Source of the DNA: a virus
DNA length: 64,000 bases
Direction: 5' to 3' (one strand)
Virus record (IMG/VR): IMGVR_UViG_3300017971_007885
Span: 36,483-100,482 of that record
In this document: piece after piece, positions 38,895 to 50,138 of the stretch
Numbering within the stretch: the stretch's first letter is position 1
How the letters are laid out: the number at the start of each line of letters is the position of its first letter
Position numbers and translations under genes: made by a program
Notes under the pieces: model-generated
Database searches by the model: none
The model's input: the letters and a program-made list of their open reading frames with translations, nothing else
What the model was told of the DNA's origin: nothing

Positions 38895-40283
38895 TCAATC
38901 CGCCGTCAATAGCACTTGCCCGTGCCAAACCATGTTAGGCTCTTCCTCACTCGACAGATGCCCGATCCCATCCTGGAGCAGATCCCACGCATTTTCCAAC
39001 TCTTCCATTGCATTGGTCAAAGCTTGACTTCTGTGCTTTTCCGGGATGCATTCCAGGGCCGCCAGAGCCGCCTTGATCGCCCCTTGATCGTCTTCCAGTT
39101 GAGCCAGGGCCGGACATTTGTTTGTGCTCCGGCGCAAGTGATCCACAACGTGCATCGTAATGACTTCCCGCCCCACAGGCAGATCGATACTTGTGGCTTC
39201 TGCTCTTACGTAGCAATCCACTGTAACAGATGCCCAGTCATGACCACGGGTTTTTAGATGCACCCGGTCCGACCTAAAAGAGCCATCCCGGTATCCATCA
39301 AAATCGGCTTCCAGCTTTTTCAATAGCGCCAGGCGCTTGATCCCTCTACGCTTGGTTGTTTCATACACGATCACGCATTTGGGATATTGCTCCAGGTACT
39401 GGGGCAAAAAGCGGCGCTTTATATCCTTGAGCACCTTGGCCGGTGGACGCCCGAGAGTAAAACCCATGGTAGGGATATCACGATCGTTGGGCGTGAAGGA
39501 ATAGCCGCCCCGGTGGAATTCATCAATCAGATGAGGCCAATTTCCGGACACTTTGGCCTTCGGATCATTGTTGTTGATCCAAAGGTGGATGCCATAACCG
39601 TCCGTGTGCATAATATCGCAGGATCGCCACTTGGGATTCCCTTCATAGCTCCAATCACTGCCCATCAAGTGCGCAATGTGTTGGCCGGTCCAGTGCACGG
39701 CTTGGATATTATCACTCGGGCACGGGCCAAGATCCAATTCTTTGGGCTCTGGATCGACCGGGGCGGCTTCCGCCGCCTCTTGTTTTTCTGGGTACTCTGT
39801 CATAGCTTCCAGCACTTCAGTGAACCAACGGTGTAAAGGCTCTCGGGAACTCAGATCCAGAACAAAAGAGTAATCACCATCATAGCCCTGGATGGCCGGA
39901 GCGTCCCAACCATACTTCTTTTTTCCAGCTATGGCCGCCGCCTCAATTAGGGCTTTTGAATGCTTCCGGATTAGAGAAGGCCGTGATCCAAAGCATACTT
40001 CTTCCGCACCTTCAGGCACTGGGATTTCTTTTTGCGCAAAAACCACCGAACCATCCGCCAGAATCCAAGAATGCGCATACTCGGTACGCTCATATTGGCC
40101 ATCATAGTGTTTTCCCTCAAAGGGTGCCAATAGTTTCTTGACTTGGGCCTTGCTTGGACCATCCGCCCAGACAATCCGCACCCCGCTTTTGCTTATCACT
40201 GAAAACTTGGTGCCGGGATAATTGGCCTTCAAAAGCTTCCGGACCATCTTTGCTGTCTCAACTGTCGAAATGTGCCTTGCCAT
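38895..40283 (-). CDS. LPD29-domain protein
   Basis: TAKMVRKLLKANYPGTKFSV...WADGP...FEGKHYDG. Confidence 0.7.
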   Translation of the reverse strand: MARHISTVETAKMVRKLLKANYPGTKFSVISKSGVRIVWADGPSKAQVKKLLAPFEGKHYDGQYERTEYAHSWILADGSVVFAQKEIPVPEGAEEVCFGSRPSLIRKHSKALIEAAAIAGKKKYGWDAPAIQGYDGDYSFVLDLSSREPLHRWFTEVLEAMTEYPEKQEAAEAAPVDPEPKELDLGPCPSDNIQAVHWTGQHIAHLMGSDWSYEGNPKWRSCDIMHTDGYGIHLWINNNDPKAKVSGNWPHLIDEFHRGGYSFTPNDRDIPTMGFTLGRPPAKVLKDIKRRFLPQYLEQYPKCVIVYETTKRRGIKRLALLKKLEADFDGYRDGSFRSDRVHLKTRGHDWASVTVDCYVRAEATSIDLPVGREVITMHVVDHLRRSTNKCPALAQLEDDQGAIKAALAALECIPEKHRSQALTNAMEELENAWDLLQDGIGHLSSEEEPNMVWHGQVLLTAD

Positions 40284-40343
40284 CGTGCTTTACTCCATTC
40301 TATACTTGGGCCGCCCCGTTGGCCGCCCCTCAACTTCACGCTC

Positions 40344-40399
40344 ATTGTACCATGAGAAAGAAGCCAGATCCTGACGTGAATCTGACTTCTACCCTGACA
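40344..40399 (-). promoter_or_regulatory. Repeated early promoter, copy A
   Basis: TGTCAG..AGTCAG-ATTCA-CGTCAG-N21-TACAAT. Confidence 0.7.
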
Positions 40400-40834
40400 C
40401 TAGTCCCAGTCCAGATGTACCGGATCGGACCACTGACCATCTACCTGCTCATGCCACGTGGTATTTTCAATGGTTGGCTCTTTGCTCGTGTCCATCCAAC
40501 CCCGCTTCACCGTGGCTTCTTGATGAAACGTGGCTTCTGCCAACACCATCGGAGCCAGCACCCGGACCACGCTTATGGTCACTTCTTTGGTGCTCAAGGC
40601 TTCCGCCACATCGGCAAACACCGCTTCCAGGTCACACATTATCATTCCCTCTTTCTGACTATCTGGGAGCCGCCGCCACTGGGTGGATTGACGCCCACCG
40701 ATGCGATCGGCTACTTCTCCATCAATTTCTTCGATCTCGTACTCTTCTCGATCCTTCAGGACCGGCACGCTTGGATCATCACTCAGAGCAAAAAACACTC
40801 TTGGATCGTCCCTCAAAACTGCGATCTTTAACAC
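40400..40834 (-). CDS. Hypothetical protein
   Basis: ORF between promoter copies A and B. Confidence 0.5.
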   Translation of the reverse strand: MLKIAVLRDDPRVFFALSDDPSVPVLKDREEYEIEEIDGEVADRIGGRQSTQWRRLPDSQKEGMIMCDLEAVFADVAEALSTKEVTISVVRVLAPMVLAEATFHQEATVKRGWMDTSKEPTIENTTWHEQVDGQWSDPVHLDWD

Positions 40835-40878
40835 TTTACTTACTTTCTAGCCCAGAACTGGGCAAACATTGTATTTGT

Positions 40879-41002
40879 GCAAACTTGGAGCCAATTTGTT
40901 CCGCTTGTCGCTTTTGGCTTGTCCCTAGCTATGACACTTTGGGCCGGACGTTATCCGTTTTGCAAGTCACGCTGTCAGTTGCGCGTGTGGCTCCAAGTTT
41001 GC
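40879..41002 (-). ncRNA. Structured 5' leader or small RNA closed by a 15-bp inverted repeat
   Basis: GCAAACTTGGAGCCA / TGGCTCCAAGTTTGC enclosing three internal hairpins. Confidence 0.5.
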
Positions 41003-41023
41003 GTTTCGTTTTCCTTCAACTCC

Positions 41024-41067
41024 AGTATACCAGATCTGAAGACTAGTTTCCTGACATGAAGCTGACA
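41024..41067 (-). promoter_or_regulatory. Repeated early promoter, copy B
   Basis: TGTCAGCTTCATGTCAG-N21-TATACT. Confidence 0.8.
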
Positions 41068-41070
41068 GTT

Positions 41071-44000
41071 TCAGAATTCTTGGATAGTATTGCAGTATGG
41101 ACACCGGCCTACAACCCGGTAACTGGTAGAGCCAGGGCCGTCCGGCTCTTCTTTTTCAAAGGCGCTCATGATCATCGCGTGGCCGCAAAGGGAGCAGGTC
41201 ACCGGCACGGCATCCAGGTGGGACCGGAATTGTGCCCGAGTGTAACCGGCTTCCTGGAAGCAAAGAGCCACGATCGCCCGTTTCTCGAACCCCGGATCGG
41301 CATAGTAGATTATATGGTCGGCTACAGTGGCCGGGTCAGCGGCCAGGCGATCCACTTCGCATTCCACCATGTGCCGGGCACCAAAAAAGCCGGTCATCCA
41401 GGAGCTAAATTGATCGCTCTGGGTCCAGGGGCAATATGGCACGCCACCTTCCGCTGTCGCTGTGTTGTTGCTTTTCAGGCCGTGCTTGAATCCCTCAAAG
41501 ATTGCGCTTGGGTACATAGTCTTCACGCTCCATTCCGGTCATACAGGCCACAAAGGTACCATGTTCATCCAAAGTTGTGTACAGATCGCCGTATACCTGG
41601 ACGTTGATCGTTGGCCAACCGGTCACATTATCATTGCCCCATGGCTTATGATCGGCATGGTAGTAAAACAGATCCCCATCATATTGAGACACAACCGGCA
41701 CATACCATCCCGGACCACGCCAGTGCACAAAAGCTGTACTCCCTTGGTGTTCCTGGAGCAGAGTGGCCAGGGTTTGATCTTGCTCTTTTTGGCACTCGGA
41801 GCAGTAGCCGCCCCCAGTCAAAGGCTTGTCACATCCGGCGCAATGGCTCTTCAGCCACTGGATCGCTTCTTGATCCGGCAAAATGTCTTCCCGAGTAGCA
41901 CACGATACACAAACACATTCCCCTTCTATCGTACGCTCAATTGGTCGTAAGCAGTACCGGCACCTATACATTATCAATCATCCTTCTGGTTGATCTCATC
42001 CAAGATCCTTTGAACGTCTTGTGATGTTGTCCCCGTTGCCTTCCAACCGCTTGGGGTTTGGTTTACACCGTTGCTTACAACTTCATCATTCATGCTCACT
42101 AAGCCTTTCAGCACAGCGGCAATGATCGCAATTGCAAAAAGTCCACCACCAATAATAACACCACCCATGATTACACTTCCTTTCTTCGTCTTTGTCTGAC
42201 CATCACGGCCAGGAACTGGTAACAACTCCCATAACAATGCAATCCCCTAAGATCCACATCCGCTTCCGGATTCTCTGAAACGATCTTGGCCAGGGCGCAA
42301 GCTTTGCAGTGCGCACCGGTTACTTGCTTTTGTTTGCCGTCTTCACGCTCTACAATGAAGCCGCTCCCGATGTCGATCGCGTACCACTTCAAGAGTGCCG
42401 GCTTCATTGCCACAGTATCATTCATGAGCCCTTCGTCAATCGCTTTATTGATTGCGGCTCGTTGGCACAATTGGCATAATTCCCCATTCGCCCAAGGATC
42501 TTCATGTGACAAATTCACATCCACTGGAAAGTGCTTCCCAAAAAGACCACAAAAAGAAGTCCCTTGCTCCCAAAGATGATACTTGGTGCCATAGTGTGGG
42601 AATCCCCATCTTTTGCCAAGAGCATGCGCCGCTTCTCTTGCTCTTTGTGGCGTGATCTGGTTTCCTGTACAATCTCTCATTGCCATAGTACCGCCTTTGA
42701 ATTATCAATCACTTGATCCGCCGTCCCTTCAATTGCGCCGCTAGGTCTTTAGCCGACATGCTAAAGGGTTCAACCCCCACGATGCGAGAGGCCCATGCTA
42801 TGATCTGACCACTCATAAGGTGATAGAACTGTCCCCAACCGTGGGCCAGGTGTTGGCCAAGGAACTCGTGGCCATCTTCCGCCGTTTCAACCCGGCAGAT
42901 CCATCCGCCTTCAGCACCGGCATAGCCGTGGATCTTTGCCCATCGTTTGGCAAGGTATCTTTGGGCTTGGCTTGATGATTTGTGGGGTCGGTTGCCAGTG
43001 TGCACCGTTTTGTGCCCGTATTGCTCCGGTCTAATCCGTGGCATTATCAATCCTCACTTTCTTGTGGTCATCCCAAGGGTTTCTTGTGCGTCTGGGTGAG
43101 CACTCATGTTAGCCAGGCACCGCTTGCAAGTTACCCGGTACCCTTTCATCGTGTGGATCCCGCTCTTCCTTCTATGCCCGGTTGTGCACGTTTCCGCCCC
43201 ACAAAGGGTATACATGCTCGTGCGGCATTCTCTTTCAATTACACGAACAACATGGATTGCCTTGCCCCGGCCAACTTGGCCAGGAACCCAAGAATACCTT
43301 GTGATTTTCTCCAAACTCTCCATTTCGTGATCAAAATAGGATTGCCCGCCAGGCACTGACCAATGCCCCCGGAGCCCAAAAACTTGGGTTTGGAACTCTT
43401 CCAGAGCCTGGAGCCGGATCAACGCCCACCGAAGATCCCATGCGCTCACGTTTACATGTTCACTGGAACCCTTGCCGTCTATGGCCTTCTGAAGCCGGGC
43501 CAACATCTGGGGTTGGGGCTTACCATCATATGTCATGTATGCCATTATCATCATTCCTTTCTGAGTTTCAGCGAAAGTGTCATGTTGCCATAGCGGAATC
43601 CAAACCATTCCAAAATATCAACTGCTCGAACAGTTAAGCTTTTTCGCCTACCGGCTCTATTAAAAGTGAATTCGAATGTGTCAATTTGTATCCCCCCGCC
43701 ATAGACAGGTTCAATTGATGAAGAGATATAAGCATCACCATTAACGGTGATCTCACCATCGCCAACCACAATAAAGCCCTCTTCTGTCAGTTTTTCAATT
43801 TTCTTTTGTAGATCCAAGATTGCATTCCTTTTCTAGAAGGGCAATGCCCCTTCAGGGCACCCATTCAGGTGCTCAAAACCAACTAACTGCCACTTGGACC
43901 AGGCGGACCACTGGGCAACCATCCCCCTCATCGTGTAGGTGCGGGTGCGCTCAAAGTGTACTCGGACCATCTGAGGCACCATGTATTGCCCGCAAGTCAT

Positions 44001-44551
44001 GCAGGTGTGTCCCATGGTCGTGGTCCTGGTTTCACTCATTTGTTGCTTGCACTCTTCCGGGCGGGGTTCGTACCAGTCTCGACCATCCGCTGTGTAAAAT
44101 TCACGATCCCACATTATCAACGTTCGTTTCTAGATCGTTTCGATCCAAAAGTATGCCTTTATATGGGCCTTCGGCTACTTCCAAATACTTTTCAGAAGCC
44201 GGGGCACCGGGCCATGCATGAAAAGTCTTCAGATTGAATGTTGTCCCTTTGGGCACAAAAACAGCACTAAGGCCCAAAATGCAAAGTTCGTATTTTGCTA
44301 TACCGGTAAACACTTTGGACATATCAATACCCCTTCTAGCGCCAGTCGCCTTCATAGCTCAACACTGCCCGGCACTTTGAACATTGGTATGATCCAACGC
44401 CAGGCCGGTAGTGTGCTTCAGATCCACACTTGCCGCATGGAAGTATTCCCCTTGATTCAGCATCTTGTGCTTCCAATTCTGCAAGTGCACGCTCTCCTTT
44501 GCTTTCATCCGCGTGTACTTGTCGCCAACGATCTGCATGTATGCTTCCCAT
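41071..44551 (-). other. Cluster of small early hypothetical CDS, many Cys/Zn-finger type: 41071-41526, 41495-41971, 41974-42168, 42171-42686, 42709-43044, 43054-43545, 43551-43817, 43833-44114, 44101-44322, 44336-44551
   Basis: Tightly packed, co-oriented ORFs with SD sites; several share TTGATAATG junctions. Confidence 0.65.
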
Positions 44552-44603
44552 TATCAATACCTTTCCGTTGTGGGGAGCCCTTGCCGGGCTCCCCTTTGCT
44601 TGA

Positions 44604-45800
44604 CTAGTCTTCTACCGCTTCAAACTTGCACCGGGTCAAAATCGTTTGCTTGGTGCCCCGGTATTCATCGTGAGCCTTGACCGTGGCCTTGCCGCTCACA
44701 ACCGTTTCCCCATCGTACCAGTCAAAAAAGTTTCCAGTCTTCCATACCAATATGTTGCCATCTTTGTCCAGAAACTTGTACAGATAGGTTGCGCCATACA
44801 TCGAATCAAAGCTTGTGGAAAAAACCAAGGTCAAGTTGTCGAATTCTTGACGTTTTTTGATGGTGCCAACCCACTCGGAAGGCTTGGTGTTGGCCTCTTC
44901 CGCCTTGCGCTCTATCTCTTTTTTGTAGGCTATGATGGCAGAAGCGACGATCCCGGATTGCTTGATAGTTATGTATTCATCACTGAAGGAAGTGGCCAGG
45001 TTCCAAAAGTAATCGTTGCGCTCTTCCCGGTTAGCCACGTCTTCACGCACCCACTCAACCACTTTTTTGGCCAACAAGCGATCCGCCCCAATAACTTCCA
45101 GTTTGGCCGGGCTATACTTGCTTGCAAAAAACGAACTTAGAGCGATATCCGCCGTGGCCGGGCCTTGCTCTTCACCCCGGTACACTGCACCCCGGCTTGT
45201 CCATCCGCACAAGCGAACGGCGGCGGCTACGTGGTAAAGGAAACCTTCCAGATTCATGTAGTCGCTTCCGCCACTGTAACCCATCGGATCCCATTCAACT
45301 TCTCGGGCCTCTTCGTAAAGATCAAGGATGTGTTGCGCCCACTTGGCCAATGCTTCCGGGTTGGCGTGACCGGTAAAATCCTTCAAGCAGGTGCTTCCAA
45401 CTTGGACAAATTCCCCTGCTTCACTCGTAACCACGTAGGTGTAATTACGTTCCCGGTTGGTTTTGCAGTGTTCACACCACGGCTCAACCGTGCGAAACTT
45501 GGCCGGAAGGTCTTCTTCCAGAAGCGAGTACATCACGTTCCCGTTAGGCGTGTGCTCCAGCTTGGCCGCCAGTTTCCAACCGTTCAATACTGGGGCTTCA
45601 CCGACCACTTCAACATCAAAGACCTTGACCGGCACTTTAGTGCTATGGCCGCTTTCATCGGTCTTGTGCCAAATTTCAAACCGTTCCGCCAAGATCGTCA
45701 TGGTGATCTCGGGTGTGTCCAACTTGGCCGCCCGCTTGTTTAGTTTGGCGATCTTGCTTGCCAGTTTTGCGTAATTGACTTCTGGGATAATTGCCTTCAC
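44604..45800 (-). CDS. Conserved phage early protein (CxxC Zn motif, C-terminal OB-like fold)
   Basis: CEHCKTNRER...QVGSTCLKDF; ATVKAHDEYRGTKQT; SD GGAG before GTG. Confidence 0.7.
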   Translation of the reverse strand: MKAIIPEVNYAKLASKIAKLNKRAAKLDTPEITMTILAERFEIWHKTDESGHSTKVPVKVFDVEVVGEAPVLNGWKLAAKLEHTPNGNVMYSLLEEDLPAKFRTVEPWCEHCKTNRERNYTYVVTSEAGEFVQVGSTCLKDFTGHANPEALAKWAQHILDLYEEAREVEWDPMGYSGGSDYMNLEGFLYHVAAAVRLCGWTSRGAVYRGEEQGPATADIALSSFFASKYSPAKLEVIGADRLLAKKVVEWVREDVANREERNDYFWNLATSFSDEYITIKQSGIVASAIIAYKKEIERKAEEANTKPSEWVGTIKKRQEFDNLTLVFSTSFDSMYGATYLYKFLDKDGNILVWKTGNFFDWYDGETVVSGKATVKAHDEYRGTKQTILTRCKFEAVED

Positions 45801-45851
45801 TTGTTTGCTCCATTCTAAAATCTGGTTTGTTTGCTGTTCAACTTCAGCTAT

Positions 45852-45906
45852 AGTATACCAGATCCTGGAATAGTTTCCTGACATGAAGCTGACATTTTTC
45901 CCGACA
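45852..45906 (-). promoter_or_regulatory. Repeated early promoter, copy C
   Basis: TGTCGG..TGTCAGCTTCATGTCAG-N20-TATACT. Confidence 0.8.
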
Positions 45907-45912
45907 ATGCAC

Positions 45913-45936
45913 AAAAGGGAGCCGGTTGGCTCCCTT
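45913..45936 (-). terminator. Intrinsic terminator just upstream of promoter C
   Basis: Minus strand AAGGGAGCC-AACC-GGCTCCCTTTT. Confidence 0.7.
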
Positions 45937-45954
45937 CCATATTATCAATGCTCC

Positions 45955-47788
45955 CTAGTTTGGAAGCCTCATGGCCTCTTGGTGCAGGTCTGAAAGCATC
46001 CGCTTCAAGATGTACAACTCGGAATGTGAAAGGCACTCGTGGGCCGCTATCATAAGCGTGGACCTGAGAATACGAATTTGATCCAAGAATTCGCCCAAGT
46101 TGGCCAATTCGTAAACCCGGCACTTGCCACTTGCTTCATCTCGGAAGCCGATAAAACCACCGTGATCGCTGCATTCGCCGTCCATGTCGGCAAACTGCAA
46201 GAACGTGCGATCCGATACCTTGATCGCGTATTTGCCTGTGTAAGCAAAGCGGATCACACTGGGGCATACCACGTCACTAACTGACAACTCGGAAGACTCA
46301 AGCTTGGTCATCGGAGCCCGCCCCACGTTCGTGGGCTTGCCAAGCGAATCGGTGACATATACGCCAAGGATATCCCTGCTCATGTAGAACTCTAACATTA
46401 TCAATCCTTCCCTTTTATGTGGGGTTGCGCCCCAACCGCAACCAATAAACTCATGGCCTTGATCACTTGCTCATGGGCCGTTTGAACGTTTTGTGGGCCG
46501 CCAGTCGCTTGATACAACAGATCATAGGCTTGCTGAAGAGCCACTTGGCGCAATTCCCGGATCATGTTGGCCGGATCGTTCCCTATGCCATGGGCATACT
46601 CCAATTCATGACCACAGATCCACATGGCCAGGGCGTGAAGGGCATCCAACTGCTCTTCATCCAGATCGAACAGATCGGCCAGGGCCGCCCGATTGCCCAG
46701 ATCGTGGGCCGGGTGGATCTTGATGATGCTATCAAAGATAGCACGGCACATCAAGATATCCGTTTCATTCATTTTGGCCATTATCAATCCCTCTTTTTCT
46801 CGGGCAAGTGCCCATAGGTGTGATCCCATACCAACTTTGGGACCATGATTCCGTAAACTTGGCCGTTTTCCGTTCGCCAAAGGGTGTACTCGTGCACCGG
46901 CTTGGCCAACTTGGCATAGGAGCCGCCGATCTTTTGGTGGGCGTGCGTTCTGATTTTGTGCTCTTTGTGCTCCCACGTATGGCGCTCCAAGAATTCGCCC
47001 AAGGTCATGATCCCGCAATAGTAATGTGACACTTGGGCAAGAGCTTTTTGGAGCCGTCCGGCATCTCGGGCGGATATCGCTTTGATCATTTTCCCATCCT
47101 TTTCAGTTTGGCCAGGCACCGGGTGCAGGTCACCGGTTGATCTGGACTTGGCCGCCATTCTGACCAACCCGCCGATCTCGGACCTGGAGCCGAACCACAA
47201 ACGGGCTTCCACTGGGGATAATACCCTTCTCGGGTGTTATTCTTTTTCAACAGCCGGGCGTGGAACAAAGTACCACCGTCCCGTTCCGCACCGTTTGCGC
47301 ACCGTCCGGCTTTGGCGCTCACAGTGTAGCCACGATCAAGATCCACTTGGCACCGGGCACAAAGGCCGTTTTCGTTTAGATCCGCCCCGTAAGTGCGGCA
47401 CATGGAACACGGTGGGCGCTCTGGAGCCGGATCCCGCTTGGGCATATCCGGGCAATCATCTAACATCTTCTTGAACTGCTCCGCAAAAGTCATCTTATAC
47501 GCTCTGGTTTGCAATCCGCAAGCACTGTTGATAGGCCGCCGCCGGGCCGCTTACCCATCGCACATGGTACCACTTGCCGTTTACCGTGCTCTGGACCTCT
47601 TCCGCCATGCCCATTCCCTTGTGAAACCGGGTGCGCATCCGTGGGCCAACTCTCGGGTGCTCTTGACCACATTTTGCGCAAGTGTCGATTGTGGTGCTTG
47701 CCACATCGGTGGGCTGGAGCCGGACATTGTTCCGATCGTATTCTGTACATCCGCACCGGGTGCATACTTTCTTGGGTAAAGTAATCAT
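45955..47788 (-). other. Cluster of early hypothetical CDS: 45955-46398, 46401-46781, 46784-47089, 47086-47493, 47495-47788
   Basis: Coupled co-oriented ORFs with SD sites. Confidence 0.6.
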
Positions 47789-47869
47789 TCGGGTGTCTTT
47801 CACTTGACTGCTCCTGTCTGGATTTGGTTTGGTGGGGCGGCCATTTGGCCGCCCCTCAACTTCAATATC

Positions 47870-47925
47870 ATTGTACCATGAATAGAAACCCCGATCCTGA
47901 CATGAAGCTGACATTTTTTCTGACA
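47870..47925 (-). promoter_or_regulatory. Repeated early promoter, copy D
   Basis: Three TGTCAG units, then N21-TACAAT. Confidence 0.8.
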
Positions 47926-47926
47926 C

Positions 47927-48745
47927 TCAGAGCCTGGAGAAGGCCCATGTCAATTCGTAGCTGTAAAGCTTGTCTTCCGGCAAGGGCTCTTCCGTGACGA
48001 TCCACGTATGGGGCACTGAATCCGATCTTTTTTGGTGCTCCAAGATGCAAGCTTGATCTAGGCTTGCCCACGTCAAAGAAAACGGACGGCTGAAGGAGCC
48101 ATACACGTGCCTAAAATCACCAGCTTGGGCTTCTGGGTGCTTATACTCGAATTCCAACGGTGAAAGCAGGTGCCGGCCGTTTTGGCGCAATTGCGCAACG
48201 TGATCCAGGCCGCAAAGCTTGAAGAGTCGCATAATCCGATCGAATTCATTGGCCGCAAAAGCACCTTTGCCCTTCCACTCGTGGGCACTGGAGCAGTCCA
48301 GGATCATGTAGCTGTAGGTGTCTTTATCAAAAGCCAATAGCAAGGCATCGTTCACTTCCCACCCACGGCGGTTTACTTCCATAACATCTTGCTCAACCTG
48401 GAGCACAAAACGCTTATCCAGATGCATGTATTGCCTTGCATCCAACACGATCATCTTGGGCCGGACCAACCAACGGCGGCCATTGGCCTCTTCCACTCGC
48501 CAATTCTTGGGGAAACTTGGCAGATCGGCCATTGCTTCCAAAAACTCGGCTTCCCGAGTGGGGCAAACAAAGTCAGCATTCATGTATGGGCGGCCATCCA
48601 AAGGTTTCCAGATCTCCCCTTGCCATTCCCACACGCCCCCGGTATGCACGCCATCCGGAAGGCCATCCACGCGCACCGATGCTTCCAGCTTGACAGCATC
48701 TTGGTGGGGTTGGATATCTCTCGTTGAAAGTGGTAACTCGGACAT
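47927..48745 (-). CDS. Protein kinase-like fold protein (divergent)
   Basis: WK...REAEFLEAM (alphaC Glu), NRRGWEVND (catalytic-loop-like), ILDCSSA (DFG-like). Confidence 0.45.
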   Translation of the reverse strand: MSELPLSTRDIQPHQDAVKLEASVRVDGLPDGVHTGGVWEWQGEIWKPLDGRPYMNADFVCPTREAEFLEAMADLPSFPKNWRVEEANGRRWLVRPKMIVLDARQYMHLDKRFVLQVEQDVMEVNRRGWEVNDALLLAFDKDTYSYMILDCSSAHEWKGKGAFAANEFDRIMRLFKLCGLDHVAQLRQNGRHLLSPLEFEYKHPEAQAGDFRHVYGSFSRPFSLTWASLDQACILEHQKRSDSVPHTWIVTEEPLPEDKLYSYELTWAFSRL

Positions 48746-48795
48746 TATCAATCCTTCTAGGGGCGGCACTCGGGCCGCCCCGGTTACAGTGTGGG

Positions 48796-49401
48796 TTAGC
48801 ATGCCCACATGGTTACACTAAAAATCCCGACAAATTCAGCATTCAGACCAATAAGCACCCTTGCATCATAGTCCAACTTGAAGCCCACGGCATTGGTTGC
48901 CATACTGACCACATCCGCTTCCGAGATACCCGCCGCAACCACGGTGTAGCCCTCATTGGCACCGATCCCCCTGACTTCCCAAACTTTGATCTGGGGTTTC
49001 TCTGTGCACACGAAAAGCTTGCCGGGCTTGCCAACAGCGGCGCTCAAAAAAAAGATTTCGCCGTCAAAGTCAAAGCTTGCAAGGGCGATCTCCATTGCAC
49101 GGCGCATCACTGTCCAGCAGTGCCGGGTTATCAATCGCCCATTACACGTGCCTTGATGTGGCGCTTTCCCTAACAACTGACGCTTGTTGAGACTGCTATA
49201 GTTTCCATAGGTCACCGTGTTGCCCACTTCATCCATTGCCTTGCCCAGATCCCCAAAAGCCACAAACGGGGCGGACATTAAGCTTACAACCAATTGACAA
49301 CGGTGCTCAATCCGCACGGAAAACGTGCACTTGGGGAATTCTCGCTTCAATTGTGCTCGTGTTGCTTTGCCCGCCGCCGCCAACGTGATTTGCTTGTCCA
49401 T
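48796..49401 (-). CDS. LPD29-like protein
   Basis: RAQLKREFPKCTFSVR...SLMSAPF. Confidence 0.55.
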   Translation of the reverse strand: MDKQITLAAAGKATRAQLKREFPKCTFSVRIEHRCQLVVSLMSAPFVAFGDLGKAMDEVGNTVTYGNYSSLNKRQLLGKAPHQGTCNGRLITRHCWTVMRRAMEIALASFDFDGEIFFLSAAVGKPGKLFVCTEKPQIKVWEVRGIGANEGYTVVAAGISEADVVSMATNAVGFKLDYDARVLIGLNAEFVGIFSVTMWAC

Positions 49402-49449
49402 TGCTCTATCCCATCTAGGGGGCGGCTTGGCCGCCCCCGAGTACCCAAT

Positions 49450-49818
49450 TTACCCGGCGATCTGGTAAGGCCCAACGTGGTGGACGTTCAGAATGGGCTT
49501 GCCACAAAATAGTTCAAATTCGACTATCCAGGAGCCTTGTGGTACCTCAGCCTGCCGGCCGATCTGGTGCGATTGCTTGGGGCCGCCAGCGTGAAGGCTC
49601 ATCTGGGATTGCATTCGAAGCGTAAAGGGCTCCGCGTTTTGTCGGTACCCGTGATAGGTTGTGGCCTCACTGAGCATAAGCTTCCAGCCGGGTGATTGTA
49701 TGTACAACTCGCACATTCTTGTGCGGTACCGTTTTTGGTAGGCCAAAACTTTTTCAGCCACTGGAGCCGGAAGCGCCTTGATTTGAGCCTTTTTGAGATG
49801 CTGACCTTGTGCTAACAT
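49450..49818 (-). CDS. Hypothetical first early gene
   Basis: SD AAAGGA; directly downstream of promoter E. Confidence 0.6.
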   Translation of the reverse strand: MLAQGQHLKKAQIKALPAPVAEKVLAYQKRYRTRMCELYIQSPGWKLMLSEATTYHGYRQNAEPFTLRMQSQMSLHAGGPKQSHQIGRQAEVPQGSWIVEFELFCGKPILNVHHVGPYQIAG

Positions 49819-49892
49819 TGGTTATCCTTTCTGAGAACAAAAAAAATGGGTTTGGGTGAGCGGTGGTTTGTACCGCCCTTAACTTCATATCC

Positions 49893-49935
49893 AGTATACC
49901 AGATCCTGGAATAGTTTCCTGACATGAAGCTGACA
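49893..49935 (-). promoter_or_regulatory. Repeated early promoter, copy E
   Basis: Identical to copy C over about 45 bp. Confidence 0.8.
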
Positions 49936-50103
49936 TTTTGGAAGCCAATTTTTTGCTATCTAAAGCGGTATCCTAAGTACCTGGAGCCGTGTCCGGGCCG
50001 CTCTTGGGCTTTTGGGCGCGGATCTCAGTTTGTCGCCTGGTGTACCGCTAGTATAATCGCTAGTATACTAGTTTGGCTGGAGCGTCATGGGGAAAATTGG
50101 GGC

Positions 50104-50132
50104 TTGACTTGGAGCTTGTTTCATGATAGAAT
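50104..50132 (+). promoter_or_regulatory. Sigma70 promoter, rightward
   Basis: TTGACT-N17-TAGAAT. Confidence 0.75.
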
Positions 50133-50138
50133 AGAAGA

